NCBI GenBank assembly: GCA_965221955.1
Contig: CBDCTA010000005.1
Span: 1 to 64,000, forward strand
From: Gammaproteobacteria bacterium
GTDB lineage: Bacteria; Pseudomonadota; Gammaproteobacteria; UBA4575
Length of the DNA stretch: 64,000 nucleotides
Reading direction: 5' to 3'
Positions 1-8,598 of the stretch are shown piece by piece; positions within the stretch are counted from its first letter, which is position 1, and every line of letters starts with the position of its first letter. The position numbers and the translations under genes are program-made. The notes under the pieces were generated by a model. That model saw only the letters and a program-made list of their open reading frames with translations, searched no databases and was not told the DNA's origin.

Positions 1-572
1 GAGAAGGTTTGCTATTTGTACATAATGCGCTGGTAGGAATAAATGCCCGAGAAAAAATTAAAATTGGTGTAAGTGGCCAAATCATAACTGGATTTGGTAT
101 GGCTTTTAACATGGCATTAGGTGCAGACTGGTGTAATTCTGCACGCGGATTTATGTTTGCCCTTGGATGTGTACAGTCACAAAAATGTCATACCGATAGA
201 TGTCCTACAGGTATCGCAACTCAAAATCCCTATCGACAACGTGCACTGGTTGTTAATGATAAAGCGAATAGGGTTATTAATTTTCATCACCATACAGTAA
301 GAGCATTAGGTGAAATGGTTGCAGCTGCAGGTTTATACCATCCCACTGAGTTGTGCCCAAGAAATATATGTTATCGTTTGACGCCTACTACAATACGCAC
401 TGCGGACCGTGTGTTTAATTTTCTTCAACCAGGGGAACTATTAGAAGGAACAGACAAACCAGGTTATCGCGAGTTTTGGAAAATGGCTACAGCCGATAGT
501 TTTAATCCTGCTCAGGATTGGAAAGAAACCCAAATTAAATTTAATCCTTTGTTACAAAGCACAATAATGTAA
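1..572 (+). CDS. FMN-binding glutamate synthase family protein, C-terminal part (5' end outside window)
   Basis: ALGAD-x-CNSARGFMFALGC and CHTDRCPTGIATQ motifs of the Glu_synthase FMN / 3Fe-4S region; frame open to the window edge. Confidence 0.88.
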   Translation, partial: EGLLFVHNALVGINAREKIKIGVSGQIITGFGMAFNMALGADWCNSARGFMFALGCVQSQKCHTDRCPTGIATQNPYRQRALVVNDKANRVINFHHHTVRALGEMVAAAGLYHPTELCPRNICYRLTPTTIRTADRVFNFLQPGELLEGTDKPGYREFWKMATADSFNPAQDWKETQIKFNPLLQSTIM

Positions 573-675
573 TGAATGCAGAATTAGGTAAGAGTATTCA
601 TCTCCCATTCATGAAATATCTCATAAAAAAGATGCAATTTTCATAGTCTACGATTCGTATATTCAAATCTTTATA

Positions 676-776
676 ATGTCCGCTATTGGCCGAAAGCAGA
701 CATAAAATAGGATCAAATAGGTTGGAATCAATTACATACAATAGGAAAATGACTGCTAACGACCCAAAGCGGATAT
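676..776 (+). repeat. Inter-cassette element 1 (A 676-703, B 749-776)
   Basis: ATGTCCGCTATTGGCCGAAAGCAGACAT...GGTTGGAATCAA...ATGACTGCTAACGACCCAAAGCGGATAT. Confidence 0.95.
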
Positions 777-794
777 TTTTATAGTGGGTAGGTT

Positions 795-1499
795 ATGAAC
801 AAAATTGCTTCGTCAATATTAATATTTTCTGTTATCTCCTGTAGTACACCACATCAACAGACCGAGATTTCTAAAGAAGATGATGTTCGTATTGGTCATG
901 TTAAGGGTTGCTGGTTATCGGAATACACATCCGCTGAGGAATCAAAATATGTCCTTCCATATCCAGTTGGCAAAGAATATGTAATTGGCCAGGGCAATTG
1001 TGGAATGTTCACTCATCAACCAGCTTCAATTATGAAAGGAGGATCTGTAGGTGACATACAGTTTGCCTATGATTTTTCAATGCCAATTGGTGACGAAATC
1101 GTTGCTGTAGCGGATGGAGTTGTCATTAATGTAGACGAACTTTGGGATGACAAAACTAATGACGTTACAAAACAAAACTTTATTGCTATAGAACATGATG
1201 ATGGAAGAGTCTCCGCCTATGTGCATTTAACGAGTTTTGGAAGTTTTGTTGAGATCGGAGACAAAGTTGAGCAAGGTCAAATTATTGGTAAAAGCGGTCA
1301 ATCAGGTTACGCACTTGACCCACATTTACATTTTTCTATATTTGAAAAGGATTATAAAGATTGCAATATTAGGGCAATTGAGTACCCCAAAGATTCAATA
1401 CTACATGGGTGTAAGACTGTTCCAGTTACATTTAAAAATGCCGAGCCATTAGATACACCTCCAATAGAAGGCAGAACATATAAAGCAGTACAAAACTAG
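795..1499 (+). CDS. Cassette 1: M23 family metallopeptidase lipoprotein
   Basis: Lipobox-like VISC; YxHL and PHLHF M23 motifs. Confidence 0.85.
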   Translation: MNKIASSILIFSVISCSTPHQQTEISKEDDVRIGHVKGCWLSEYTSAEESKYVLPYPVGKEYVIGQGNCGMFTHQPASIMKGGSVGDIQFAYDFSMPIGDEIVAVADGVVINVDELWDDKTNDVTKQNFIAIEHDDGRVSAYVHLTSFGSFVEIGDKVEQGQIIGKSGQSGYALDPHLHFSIFEKDYKDCNIRAIEYPKDSILHGCKTVPVTFKNAEPLDTPPIEGRTYKAVQN

Positions 1500-1507
1500 A
1501 AATATAG

Positions 1508-1607
1508 ATGTCCGCTTATGGCCGAAAGCGGACAAATTAAAGGGGAAACTGGCTGGATTCAATAAACTATAAACATAATATGACTGCTTACGACCCAAAG
1601 CGGACAT
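1508..1607 (+). repeat. Inter-cassette element 2 (A 1508-1535, B 1580-1607)
   Basis: Same A/B consensus, 44-nt linker. Confidence 0.95.
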
Positions 1608-1647
1608 TAAGAGCAGATATTGGAACTAGTAAGGAGATGTAGTTTTC

Positions 1648-2001
1648 GTGAGTAAAATCGTAATTATTGTAAATATTTTATTACTCTCTATTTCAAATTT
1701 AGCAACAGCCTCAAACTTTCAAAATGATTGTGAGGTGTTGAATAATGATTCATTAGAATGTTCTTTTAGTCTTGATCGTGATCATCCAACTATGTTGATA
1801 AAGGCAGAAAGTCGTTCTGTTTTAGATTCATACAAGCATTCTATTAGAAACACTACAAATGACTTTTGCAAAAATACAAAACATTCGTGGGTTATGTACA
1901 TACTTTTAGATGAGAGCCTTGTTAGTGGCGAAATGTGTAATGGTAAAAAAGCTAAGTGGATAACTTACGAGAAATTTAAAAAAGATGGGTTGGACTTTTA
2001 G
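1648..2001 (+). CDS. Cassette 2: small secreted hypothetical protein
   Basis: AAGGAG RBS upstream, signal peptide, 4 Cys; fills the space between two elements. Confidence 0.75.
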   Translation: MSKIVIIVNILLLSISNLATASNFQNDCEVLNNDSLECSFSLDRDHPTMLIKAESRSVLDSYKHSIRNTTNDFCKNTKHSWVMYILLDESLVSGEMCNGKKAKWITYEKFKKDGLDF

Positions 2002-2003
2002 CA

Positions 2004-2114
2004 ATGTCCGCTTATGACCGAAAGCAGACATAAATTAAGCCATTTGAGGGGATTTCAGGTTGGAATCAATGAAACATAAACTTAATATGACTGCTTACGA
2101 CCCAAAGCGGACAT
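2004..2114 (+). repeat. Inter-cassette element 3 (A 2004-2031, B 2087-2114)
   Basis: Same consensus; A core variant TGACCG; 55-nt linker. Confidence 0.95.
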
Positions 2115-2158
2115 TTATCAAAATTTTTATTCATTATTCTTTTGGCAAAAAGTAGTCA

Positions 2159-2464
2159 ATGAAATATTCGAAAAAAATCGTAATTAAATTCGTACTATTT
2201 ATTTATTTTGTATATTGCGTTTATTTAATTACATTTGCTGGAATAGATTTTAAAGCGCTCGATAATGAAAATTTGTTTATAGCAGTGAGTTATATAGTTG
2301 GATTAATTCTGTGTTTACCTGCGAACATTTGTATATTAGTTCCTGAAAGTTGGATTAGTACAACATTTTCATCTGACTTATGTGTATTTATAATAGGGTT
2401 AATTGTTGCAACATTTGTGGTTTTTGTTGCGTCTAAAATCATCTATTCTCATAAAACCGAATGA
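2159..2464 (+). CDS. Cassette 3: small membrane protein
   Basis: About 3 hydrophobic segments; TGA stop lies inside the next A site. Confidence 0.7.
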   Translation: MKYSKKIVIKFVLFIYFVYCVYLITFAGIDFKALDNENLFIAVSYIVGLILCLPANICILVPESWISTTFSSDLCVFIIGLIVATFVVFVASKIIYSHKTE

Positions 2465-2561
2465 TCGCTATTGGCCGAAAGCGGACAAAATAAGGGACAC
2501 AATGTGTTGGAATCAATTAATAACACGTTCAAAATGACTGCTAACGACCCAAAGCGGACAT
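2461..2561 (+). repeat. Inter-cassette element 4 (A 2461-2488, B 2534-2561)
   Basis: Same consensus, 45-nt linker. Confidence 0.95.
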
Positions 2562-2588
2562 TTTATTTATTTAATAGATCCAATAACG

Positions 2589-2971
2589 ATGCATAAAATA
2601 GCTAATGCTCTCGTTTTACTTGTAGTTTTATCAACCAGTCCCTTAGCCGATGAAGGCAATTCATCAGATAAAGTACGTTTCTATGATTTTCGCGAACTTG
2701 AAACTGCAACAATTAAAAAGGCTGCCTCCAAGGATCTGTATATGGTGTGACAATAATATCTTACGGTAACGATGAAAAATCACGGTCATATTACGAAGTC
2801 TTACAATCACTAACCAGCGAAGAATTTAAGATTCAAGCTTTATTTAGAGCAAAGAAAGATAGCTATGGTAGTGCAGATGTATATTTCAATGGGTACGAGT
2901 ATAAAAACGTTACTGATATTGATCAGCTAACTAAAATACTTGTTTTTGGAATGAAAAATATTTACATCTAA
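2589..2971 (+). pseudogene. Cassette 4: secreted hypothetical protein, frameshifted (or sequencing indel)
   Basis: ATG 2589 gives signal peptide MHKIANALVLLVVLSTSPLA; adding one A to the A5 run at 2715-2719 joins it to ORF 2747-2971. Confidence 0.65.
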
Positions 2972-2993
2972 ACTTCGATGGTTCTAGTATCTA

Positions 2994-3104
2994 ATGTCCG
3001 CTATTGGCCGAAAGTGGACGTAAATTAAACCGTTAAAGGGAGAGTCTGGTTGGATTCAATAAATAAAACATTCAAAATGACTGCTTACGACCCAAAGGGG
3101 ACAT
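2994..3104 (+). repeat. Inter-cassette element 5 (A 2994-3021, B 3077-3104)
   Basis: Same consensus, 55-nt linker. Confidence 0.95.
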
Positions 3105-3134
3105 TAATTTCAGGCAAAAATTAGGGGATATATT

Positions 3135-3631
3135 TTGAAACCAGAAAAATAATTGCTGTAGTAGTAAGACTATTTGCAATTGCATTACTTCTTACTATTG
3201 TTCGAGAATTAATTACAGCATTATGGGTAGTAAATGATTCGGTAAGTCTACGCCAGTATGGATTTATTTTTTTAGTCAGCGGGTTAGTTATAGTTGTATC
3301 TATTTTTCTATGGAACTTCCCTCTTACAATCGCGAAAAGAATTTACCCATTTGCTCTAGAAGACGAGCCTAAACATACATTTAACTCTGATGACTATTAT
3401 CAACTTGGTTTTATCCTATTGGGTATGTATCTATTATTTTATGTTATTTCTGATGGTGTGTTTTGGATTGCATTTACACTATATAGTGGTGAAGAGAAGA
3501 TGTATTCACCGCTGAAAGCTTTAGAGAATAAAGCTTCAATTGTTGCTACTTTTGTTGAGCTTGCTATCGCTCTTTATCTAATATTTGGAGCAAAGGGAAT
3601 CACTAATGCAATAAAGACGATCAGAAAGTGA
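3135..3631 (+). pseudogene. Cassette 5: multi-pass membrane protein, frameshifted near the start (or sequencing indel)
   Basis: AGGGGA RBS then TTG AAA CCA GAA AAA TAA; one extra A in run 3145-3149 gives MKPEKIIAVVVRLFAIALL..., open through ORF 3419-3631. Confidence 0.65.
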
Positions 3632-3641
3632 TTTTAGTATT

Positions 3642-3742
3642 ATGTCCGCTATTGGCCGTAAGCAGACATAAAATGGGACACAGTTGGTTGGAATCAAAGA
3701 ACTACAAATTTAAAATGTCCAGTATCGACCCAAAGCGGACAT
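3642..3742 (+). repeat. Inter-cassette element 6 (A 3642-3669, B 3715-3742)
   Basis: Same consensus, 45-nt linker. Confidence 0.95.
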
Positions 3743-3777
3743 TGGCTAATCGCTTGAAATGAAATTTAAATTGAATT

Positions 3778-4110
3778 GTGAATCCTTTATTTAACCGAAA
3801 TTTATTGGTTGTAACTACATTATTTGGTTTGGCATTAGTTGCATGTATGTTTGCTTGGGACTTTTCATCAAATGACCCAAGGATGGCAGATAATGTTATT
3901 TCAACTGGTGAATTTAATTGGTGGGAGACATTTATAATTTTAGTCGGAATACCATCAATTTTATTAGTTTGGGTTTATTCATTTAAACATGCATTCTCTA
4001 ATGGACGTAGAAAATGGGGTGTACTTATATTTATGTTATGGCCGCTAGCATTTTTCTACGCATGGTTTATTGCTGATGCTGTGATAGATTCTTCAAGAGA
4101 ATCTGGATGA
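3778..4110 (+). CDS. Cassette 6: small membrane protein
   Basis: 3 hydrophobic segments; TGA stop is part of the next A site (ATGACCGCT). Confidence 0.72.
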   Translation: MNPLFNRNLLVVTTLFGLALVACMFAWDFSSNDPRMADNVISTGEFNWWETFIILVGIPSILLVWVYSFKHAFSNGRRKWGVLIFMLWPLAFFYAWFIADAVIDSSRESG

Positions 4111-4206
4111 CCGCTATTGGCCGAAAGCAGACATAATTAGGAAATAACAGGTTGGATTCAATAATTTACAGACTTAAAATGGCTGCTAACGACCCAAAGC
4201 GGACAT
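4107..4206 (+). repeat. Inter-cassette element 7 (A 4107-4134, B 4179-4206)
   Basis: Same consensus, 44-nt linker. Confidence 0.95.
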
Positions 4207-4220
4207 CGGCATAAATCAAA

Positions 4221-4535
4221 ATGGCTACCTACATGAAAACGAAGTTAATCGTTTTGACAGTAACTATTTGGGTTATTTTTCCAATTGTTGTGGGAATCGT
4301 TTATTCATTATTTGAAAGAGAGGATTTGGATATTGCATTGATGAATAATGTTATTAGAGTTGGAATATTAATATTCGCACTACTATCAGCTCTAACACTA
4401 TATCTCTGCACCAAATTTTTACTCAAGACAAGTAAAAAAAATACTGATAAGGCCGTCTCTATTGTTTGTATGTTAGCTACATTGGCAGCAGTCGTTTTAT
4501 TTACACCTGCAATGTTGAATAATTTTATTGTTTAA
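4221..4535 (+). CDS. Cassette 7: small membrane protein
   Basis: 3 hydrophobic segments; fills the inter-element space. Confidence 0.7.
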   Translation: MATYMKTKLIVLTVTIWVIFPIVVGIVYSLFEREDLDIALMNNVIRVGILIFALLSALTLYLCTKFLLKTSKKNTDKAVSIVCMLATLAAVVLFTPAMLNNFIV

Positions 4536-4550
4536 TAGGAAAATAGTTAA

Positions 4551-4637
4551 ATGTCCGCTATTGGCCGAAAGGAGACATCAGGTTGGAAATATCAAAACAA
4601 AGTAGTTTAATGACCGCTAACGACCCAAAGCGGACAT
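4551..4637 (+). repeat. Inter-cassette element 8 (A 4551-4578, B 4610-4637), shortest copy
   Basis: 31-nt linker that still keeps GGTTGGAA 29 nt before B. Confidence 0.95.
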
Positions 4638-4674
4638 TAATCCCGTTTTCCAAAATTAAGTTGATGGTGTAAAA

Positions 4675-5067
4675 ATGATTGTGTTAGAAGTTAAATTGAA
4701 TGGAGAGCTCATCGCTAAAGCTGGTAAAAGTGATTTATGTGTATTGAACACAATAGTTGATGGTGTTGGTGTTTTAGGTGCTGATTCTGCCGGAACTAAA
4801 TCAGAAAAAGAAGGATATAAGACTAGTCTGAGTGTGGGTGGGCTAGGTGTAACAGCTGAGGATGAACCTGGCACACATTACAGTTGGGTTGGTAAACAGA
4901 TAATTAATGTAGGTGATGAGGTATCTATTAAATTTCTAGAATCAGAAAATGCACATGATCCTAAAATCGTAAGAGCATATACACCAGAGGAAAAAGAAAA
5001 GGAAATGAAACTACGCTGGGAAACATCACGGGACTACTATTTAAAATACAAAGACAAATATGAATAG
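4675..5067 (+). CDS. Cassette 8: soluble hypothetical protein
   Basis: 130-aa ORF bounded by elements 8 and 9. Confidence 0.75.
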   Translation: MIVLEVKLNGELIAKAGKSDLCVLNTIVDGVGVLGADSAGTKSEKEGYKTSLSVGGLGVTAEDEPGTHYSWVGKQIINVGDEVSIKFLESENAHDPKIVRAYTPEEKEKEMKLRWETSRDYYLKYKDKYE

Positions 5068-5070
5068 CAA

Positions 5071-5181
5071 ATGTCCGCTATTGGCCGAAAGCAGACATTA
5101 TTAAGATGTTACTAGGACAAGCTGGGTTGGAACAATCAAATTATTCATTCAAAATGACCGCTAACGACCCAAAGCGGACAT
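5071..5181 (+). repeat. Inter-cassette element 9 (A 5071-5098, B 5154-5181)
   Basis: Same consensus, 55-nt linker. Confidence 0.95.
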
Positions 5182-5211
5182 TAGGTTAATCAATTTAAAT
5201 GGGAGGTTGGA

Positions 5212-5787
5212 TTGAATAATTCAAAAAAGACATTTCCTTAAATATCTTTTTGGAGCATTTTTGCAGGTGTTGGGGCAACCCTTGCTGCAATACCTTTTTT
5301 TAGATTTCTCTCACCCAAAGATTATTTAAGTGAAGAATATTCTAAAGATATAAATATTTCTAAACTTAAGCCTGGCCAGGTAATGTCTATTGTTTGGCAC
5401 AATAAGCCAATTTACATTTTGAAACGAGATCAAGATGCTATCAATAGTTTAGAAATTGATAATCCTAAATTGCGTGATACGGCTTCAAGTCAGTCTAAAC
5501 AGCCGGAAAATGCAAAGAATACCTTTCGCTCAATTAAGCCAGAAATACTTGTTGTAGAGAGTATTTGCACACATAAAGGATGCTCTGTTGCGTATGACCC
5601 TCCTGGGAAAAACCGTTTCCCCAAGGACCATGTGTTATCAAAATATGGCGGGTTTTATTGTGCCTGTCATGGGGCTGTTTATGATGCTGCTGGTCGCGTA
5701 TTTAAAAACAATCCTGCACCGCATAATTTAGTTGTGCCTCAGCACGAATTTTTAAATGAACACACAATCAGATTTAGTCACAATTGA
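5212..5787 (+). CDS. Cassette 9: Rieske 2Fe-2S protein, PetA (bc1 iron-sulfur subunit)-like; 5' end disrupted by in-frame TAA 5239-5241
   Basis: CTHKGC and CACHG Rieske boxes, GRVFK-x2-PAPxNL; GGAGG RBS before TTG 5212; N-terminal TM segment upstream of ORF 5383. Confidence 0.85.
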
Positions 5788-5809
5788 ATCAATTATGATT
5801 AATTTAGAA

Positions 5810-5910
5810 ATGTCCGCTATTGGCCGTAAGCGGACATAATTAGGGATGCAATGTGTTGGAATCAATAAATTATAAGTTCAAAATGTCTGCTAACGACCCA
5901 AAGCGGACAC
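5810..5910 (+). repeat. Inter-cassette element 10 (A 5810-5837, B 5883-5910)
   Basis: Same consensus, 45-nt linker. Confidence 0.95.
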
Positions 5911-5946
5911 TTCAGGATCAGTTAATAATATTCAGATAAATCAGAA

Positions 5947-6195
5947 ATGAATCCTATTCCACTTATTATTGTTTGGATAATTCTATTCGCTGTTGTAATA
6001 GGATATGTGGTTTATCGTTTACTTACAGACAAAGAAAAAAGTGGCAAAAAACATTGGCTTTACCCTTTAAATAGCAATCCTGGTGATCCCATGTTCCCCA
6101 AACCAGGCAATATATTTGGCTGGGTAATTTACCTGCTGTTATTACTTCCTATAATTTACGTGATTGGAATGTTAGTAAATGAAAATTTATTCTAG
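5947..6195 (+). CDS. Cassette 10: small 2-TM membrane protein
   Basis: Two hydrophobic segments; bounded by elements 10 and 11. Confidence 0.7.
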   Translation: MNPIPLIIVWIILFAVVIGYVVYRLLTDKEKSGKKHWLYPLNSNPGDPMFPKPGNIFGWVIYLLLLLPIIYVIGMLVNENLF

Positions 6196-6219
6196 TTGGA
6201 TTAACCGCACAAAATATAA

Positions 6220-6330
6220 ATGTCTGCTATTGGCCGAAAGCTGACATAAATTAAGCCACTGAGAGGAATTACAGGTTGGAATCTTTAAAATACTTATTCA
6301 ATATGACCGCTAACGACCCAAAGCGGACAT
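6220..6330 (+). repeat. Inter-cassette element 11 (A 6220-6247, B 6303-6330)
   Basis: Same consensus, 55-nt linker. Confidence 0.95.
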
Positions 6331-6370
6331 TTTCGAGAAGTAGAATTTGTTTGAATAAGTCGTATAGCAC

Positions 6371-6739
6371 TTAACAATCCCTGTATCCTTTCTTTTTCTT
6401 ACACGTTAAAGCTAATTTTTTAGCCTCTTCGATTTCAGAAGGAGTCATATTTGCAGTTATTTTTCTTAAAGCTTCATCTGCTGTCGCGCCTAACCCTTGT
6501 TCTACCGCAAAGCTCACCCACATATATGCATATTGATTGTCCTGGGGTACGCCATTGCCTGTGTGATACGCTTTGCCAATTTTTAATTGACTAATCGCTG
6601 CACCATTCTCTGCAGATTTAAGCGCTTTGAACGCATCTTTTTCCGCTCTCTTAGCAGCCATTTCTTCGGGTGATGAGCAACCTGATAGAACTAAAACGAG
6701 AGCAAGCAAGGCTAGAAAAATGCGTAATTTAGGATTCAT
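6371..6739 (-). CDS. Sel1-repeat lipoprotein (inverted relative to the array)
   Basis: Lipobox LSGC; Sel1-like AENG...YHTGNGVPQD...AYMW; GGAG RBS. Confidence 0.82.
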   Translation of the reverse strand: MNPKLRIFLALLALVLVLSGCSSPEEMAAKRAEKDAFKALKSAENGAAISQLKIGKAYHTGNGVPQDNQYAYMWVSFAVEQGLGATADEALRKITANMTPSEIEEAKKLALTCKKKKGYRDC

Positions 6740-6859
6740 AAATAAGGCTCCATTTCAGCGGGCATGATGATAAATGTTGGCGACAGTACACTATATAGCC
6801 ATTATATGCGAATGTATTTCTATGATGAATGATGTGGATAAGCTAATATTTTCTTTAAC

Positions 6860-6887
6860 TTAAGCGCTAACGACCCAAGGCGGACAT
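6860..6887 (+). repeat. Lone degenerate B site
   Basis: TTAAGCGCTAA-CGACCC-AAGGCGGACAT. Confidence 0.85.
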
Positions 6888-6990
6888 TCGCATATAGTTA
6901 TCATGCTAATACTAAATTTTATACGGACTGATATTTTATAACTAACCTAAAAAATTAGTGTATTGGTTTAGATATTATTATTAGCCGCAT

Positions 6991-7680
6991 TTATATCAGC
7001 GTATTAAGTTCTGATAATGATTTGGTAACAAGATCGGGCTTATAAGAAAGCCGTTCCGAGACATGGTCGTAGCGATTTACCCATATAGAGTTAAACCCGC
7101 ATGCTGAAGCTCCAGCTATATCCCAAGAGTTAGAAGATATAAAACAAATTTTATTTCTAGCTAATGCAAGTTGTTCGCCCATAAATTCATATACTGCTGG
7201 AGATGGTTTATATGTACGAATTAATTCTGTGGAATAGATACCATCTATTAAATGATCAACACCAACTTGTTTTAAAGTAGTGCTGAGTATCTGAGGTGGG
7301 CCATTAGAGAGTACTGCTGTTGTTATTCCATTTTCCTTTAGTAATGTAAGAGCATTCTTTGCATCTTGATAGCAGTCTAATTTTGAATGTTCTAGTAGCT
7401 TGCTTTTAATTTTCTCATCGTCAAATCCATACACATCACAAGCGAAATCAAGTGTGTCTTTTCGAATCTTTTCATAATTCACATACTTATTCATTAGGCT
7501 TAGCAAAGAAGAATATTGTAGGCGTTTAGTCAACCACAATTTATAGATTTCTTGAATGTTTTCACCAAGTTGTTCACTATATTCTAAAAATGGTAAATAT
7601 GGATCAAGAATTAAGCCATAGGCATTAAATATATAAGCTTTAATGTTTTTCATATTTTTCTTCAATAATTTGGTTGGCAA
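6991..7680 (-). CDS. Haloacid dehalogenase type II (HAD) family protein; start more likely at ATG 7653
   Basis: FNAYG (motif I with Asp replaced by Asn), LSNG, YKPSP, SSNSWD. Confidence 0.85.
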   Translation of the reverse strand: MPTKLLKKNMKNIKAYIFNAYGLILDPYLPFLEYSEQLGENIQEIYKLWLTKRLQYSSLLSLMNKYVNYEKIRKDTLDFACDVYGFDDEKIKSKLLEHSKLDCYQDAKNALTLLKENGITTAVLSNGPPQILSTTLKQVGVDHLIDGIYSTELIRTYKPSPAVYEFMGEQLALARNKICFISSNSWDIAGASACGFNSIWVNRYDHVSERLSYKPDLVTKSLSELNTLI

Positions 7681-8093
7681 AGTAGACCGCTATGCGAGAT
7701 TGTCCTAATTAAAATAATATACATCTTGAGCTACTAAATTTTAGGTTGAGTACTCGTCTGGTTATAGTCAAAGAATATATATTTATTGAAAGCAAATACC
7801 TCGTGAGGTCTGTGCGAGGATACTAGAAGCTACAGAAACATTTAATGTAACTTCCACTATTTCGTTTATACAATAACTTTGTTTTGAAGTATAGGTAATG
7901 ATCTGAGGCAGTTAAACTGAAAATCAATATATAGCTGATATAGAACAAAGAAGAGTAGTTTATGAAAGTTTATTCTCTAATATCTTCATAGTTCACTTTA
8001 AGACGAGACAAACAATTAAATGATTGAAACTGTATTCATAGAAATGGTAGGCGCGTCAGCTGTTAACTTTAAATTTTTAAAGAGGTTCATCTG

Positions 8094-8585
8094 ATGATTC
8101 ATGAAGTTGCTGGAGATATTTTATTGACAAAAGCAAAAGCTATTGCTCATGGTGTGGCCCCAAATGACCATTTTAAGAATGGCCTAGCCCTTGAGTTGAG
8201 AGAACAATGGCCAGCAATGGCAAAAGATTTTCGTCATTACGCTAATCAGTCACACCCAAAAACTGGAGAGATTTGGGTTTGGAGTGGTGTGGGTGGGGTG
8301 CGTATTCTCAACTTACTAACACAGGAAGGAGGACACGAACACGGTGCCAAACCAGGTAGAGCCACACTGCCGAATGTCAATCACTGTTTGCGAAGATTGC
8401 GACATGAGCTTGAAAAGGGTGAGATTGCTAGTCTTGCATTACCAAAATTAGCCACTGGTGTTGGCGGTCTGAAGTGGAAAGAAGTGTCCCCATTAATCCA
8501 ACAGCATTTGAGTGATTTATCAATTCCTATATATATCTATACAACTTATCTCAAAGGTCAGAAAGCAAACGAAATAGGCATGTAA
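8094..8585 (+). CDS. Macro domain (Appr-1-p processing) protein
   Basis: GDILL, HGVAPNDHF, LALPKLATGVGGL macro-family motifs. Confidence 0.85.
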   Translation: MIHEVAGDILLTKAKAIAHGVAPNDHFKNGLALELREQWPAMAKDFRHYANQSHPKTGEIWVWSGVGGVRILNLLTQEGGHEHGAKPGRATLPNVNHCLRRLRHELEKGEIASLALPKLATGVGGLKWKEVSPLIQQHLSDLSIPIYIYTTYLKGQKANEIGM

Positions 8586-8598
8586 TTAAACTATTATA

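Noticed and set aside
676-6330. CRISPR array
   Set aside because: The intervals are 300-730 bp protein-coding genes, the repeats are bipartite and degenerate, and no cas genes are present.
676-6330. Canonical integron attC sites / CALIN
   Set aside because: The elements do not start with RYYYAAC or end with GTTRRRY. The internal GTT precedes the AAC, and no intI is visible. A covariance-model search is still needed to exclude this formally.
7671-7706. Possible extra degenerate site (GGTTGG...GACCGCTAT)
   Set aside because: No core, no right arm and wrong spacing.
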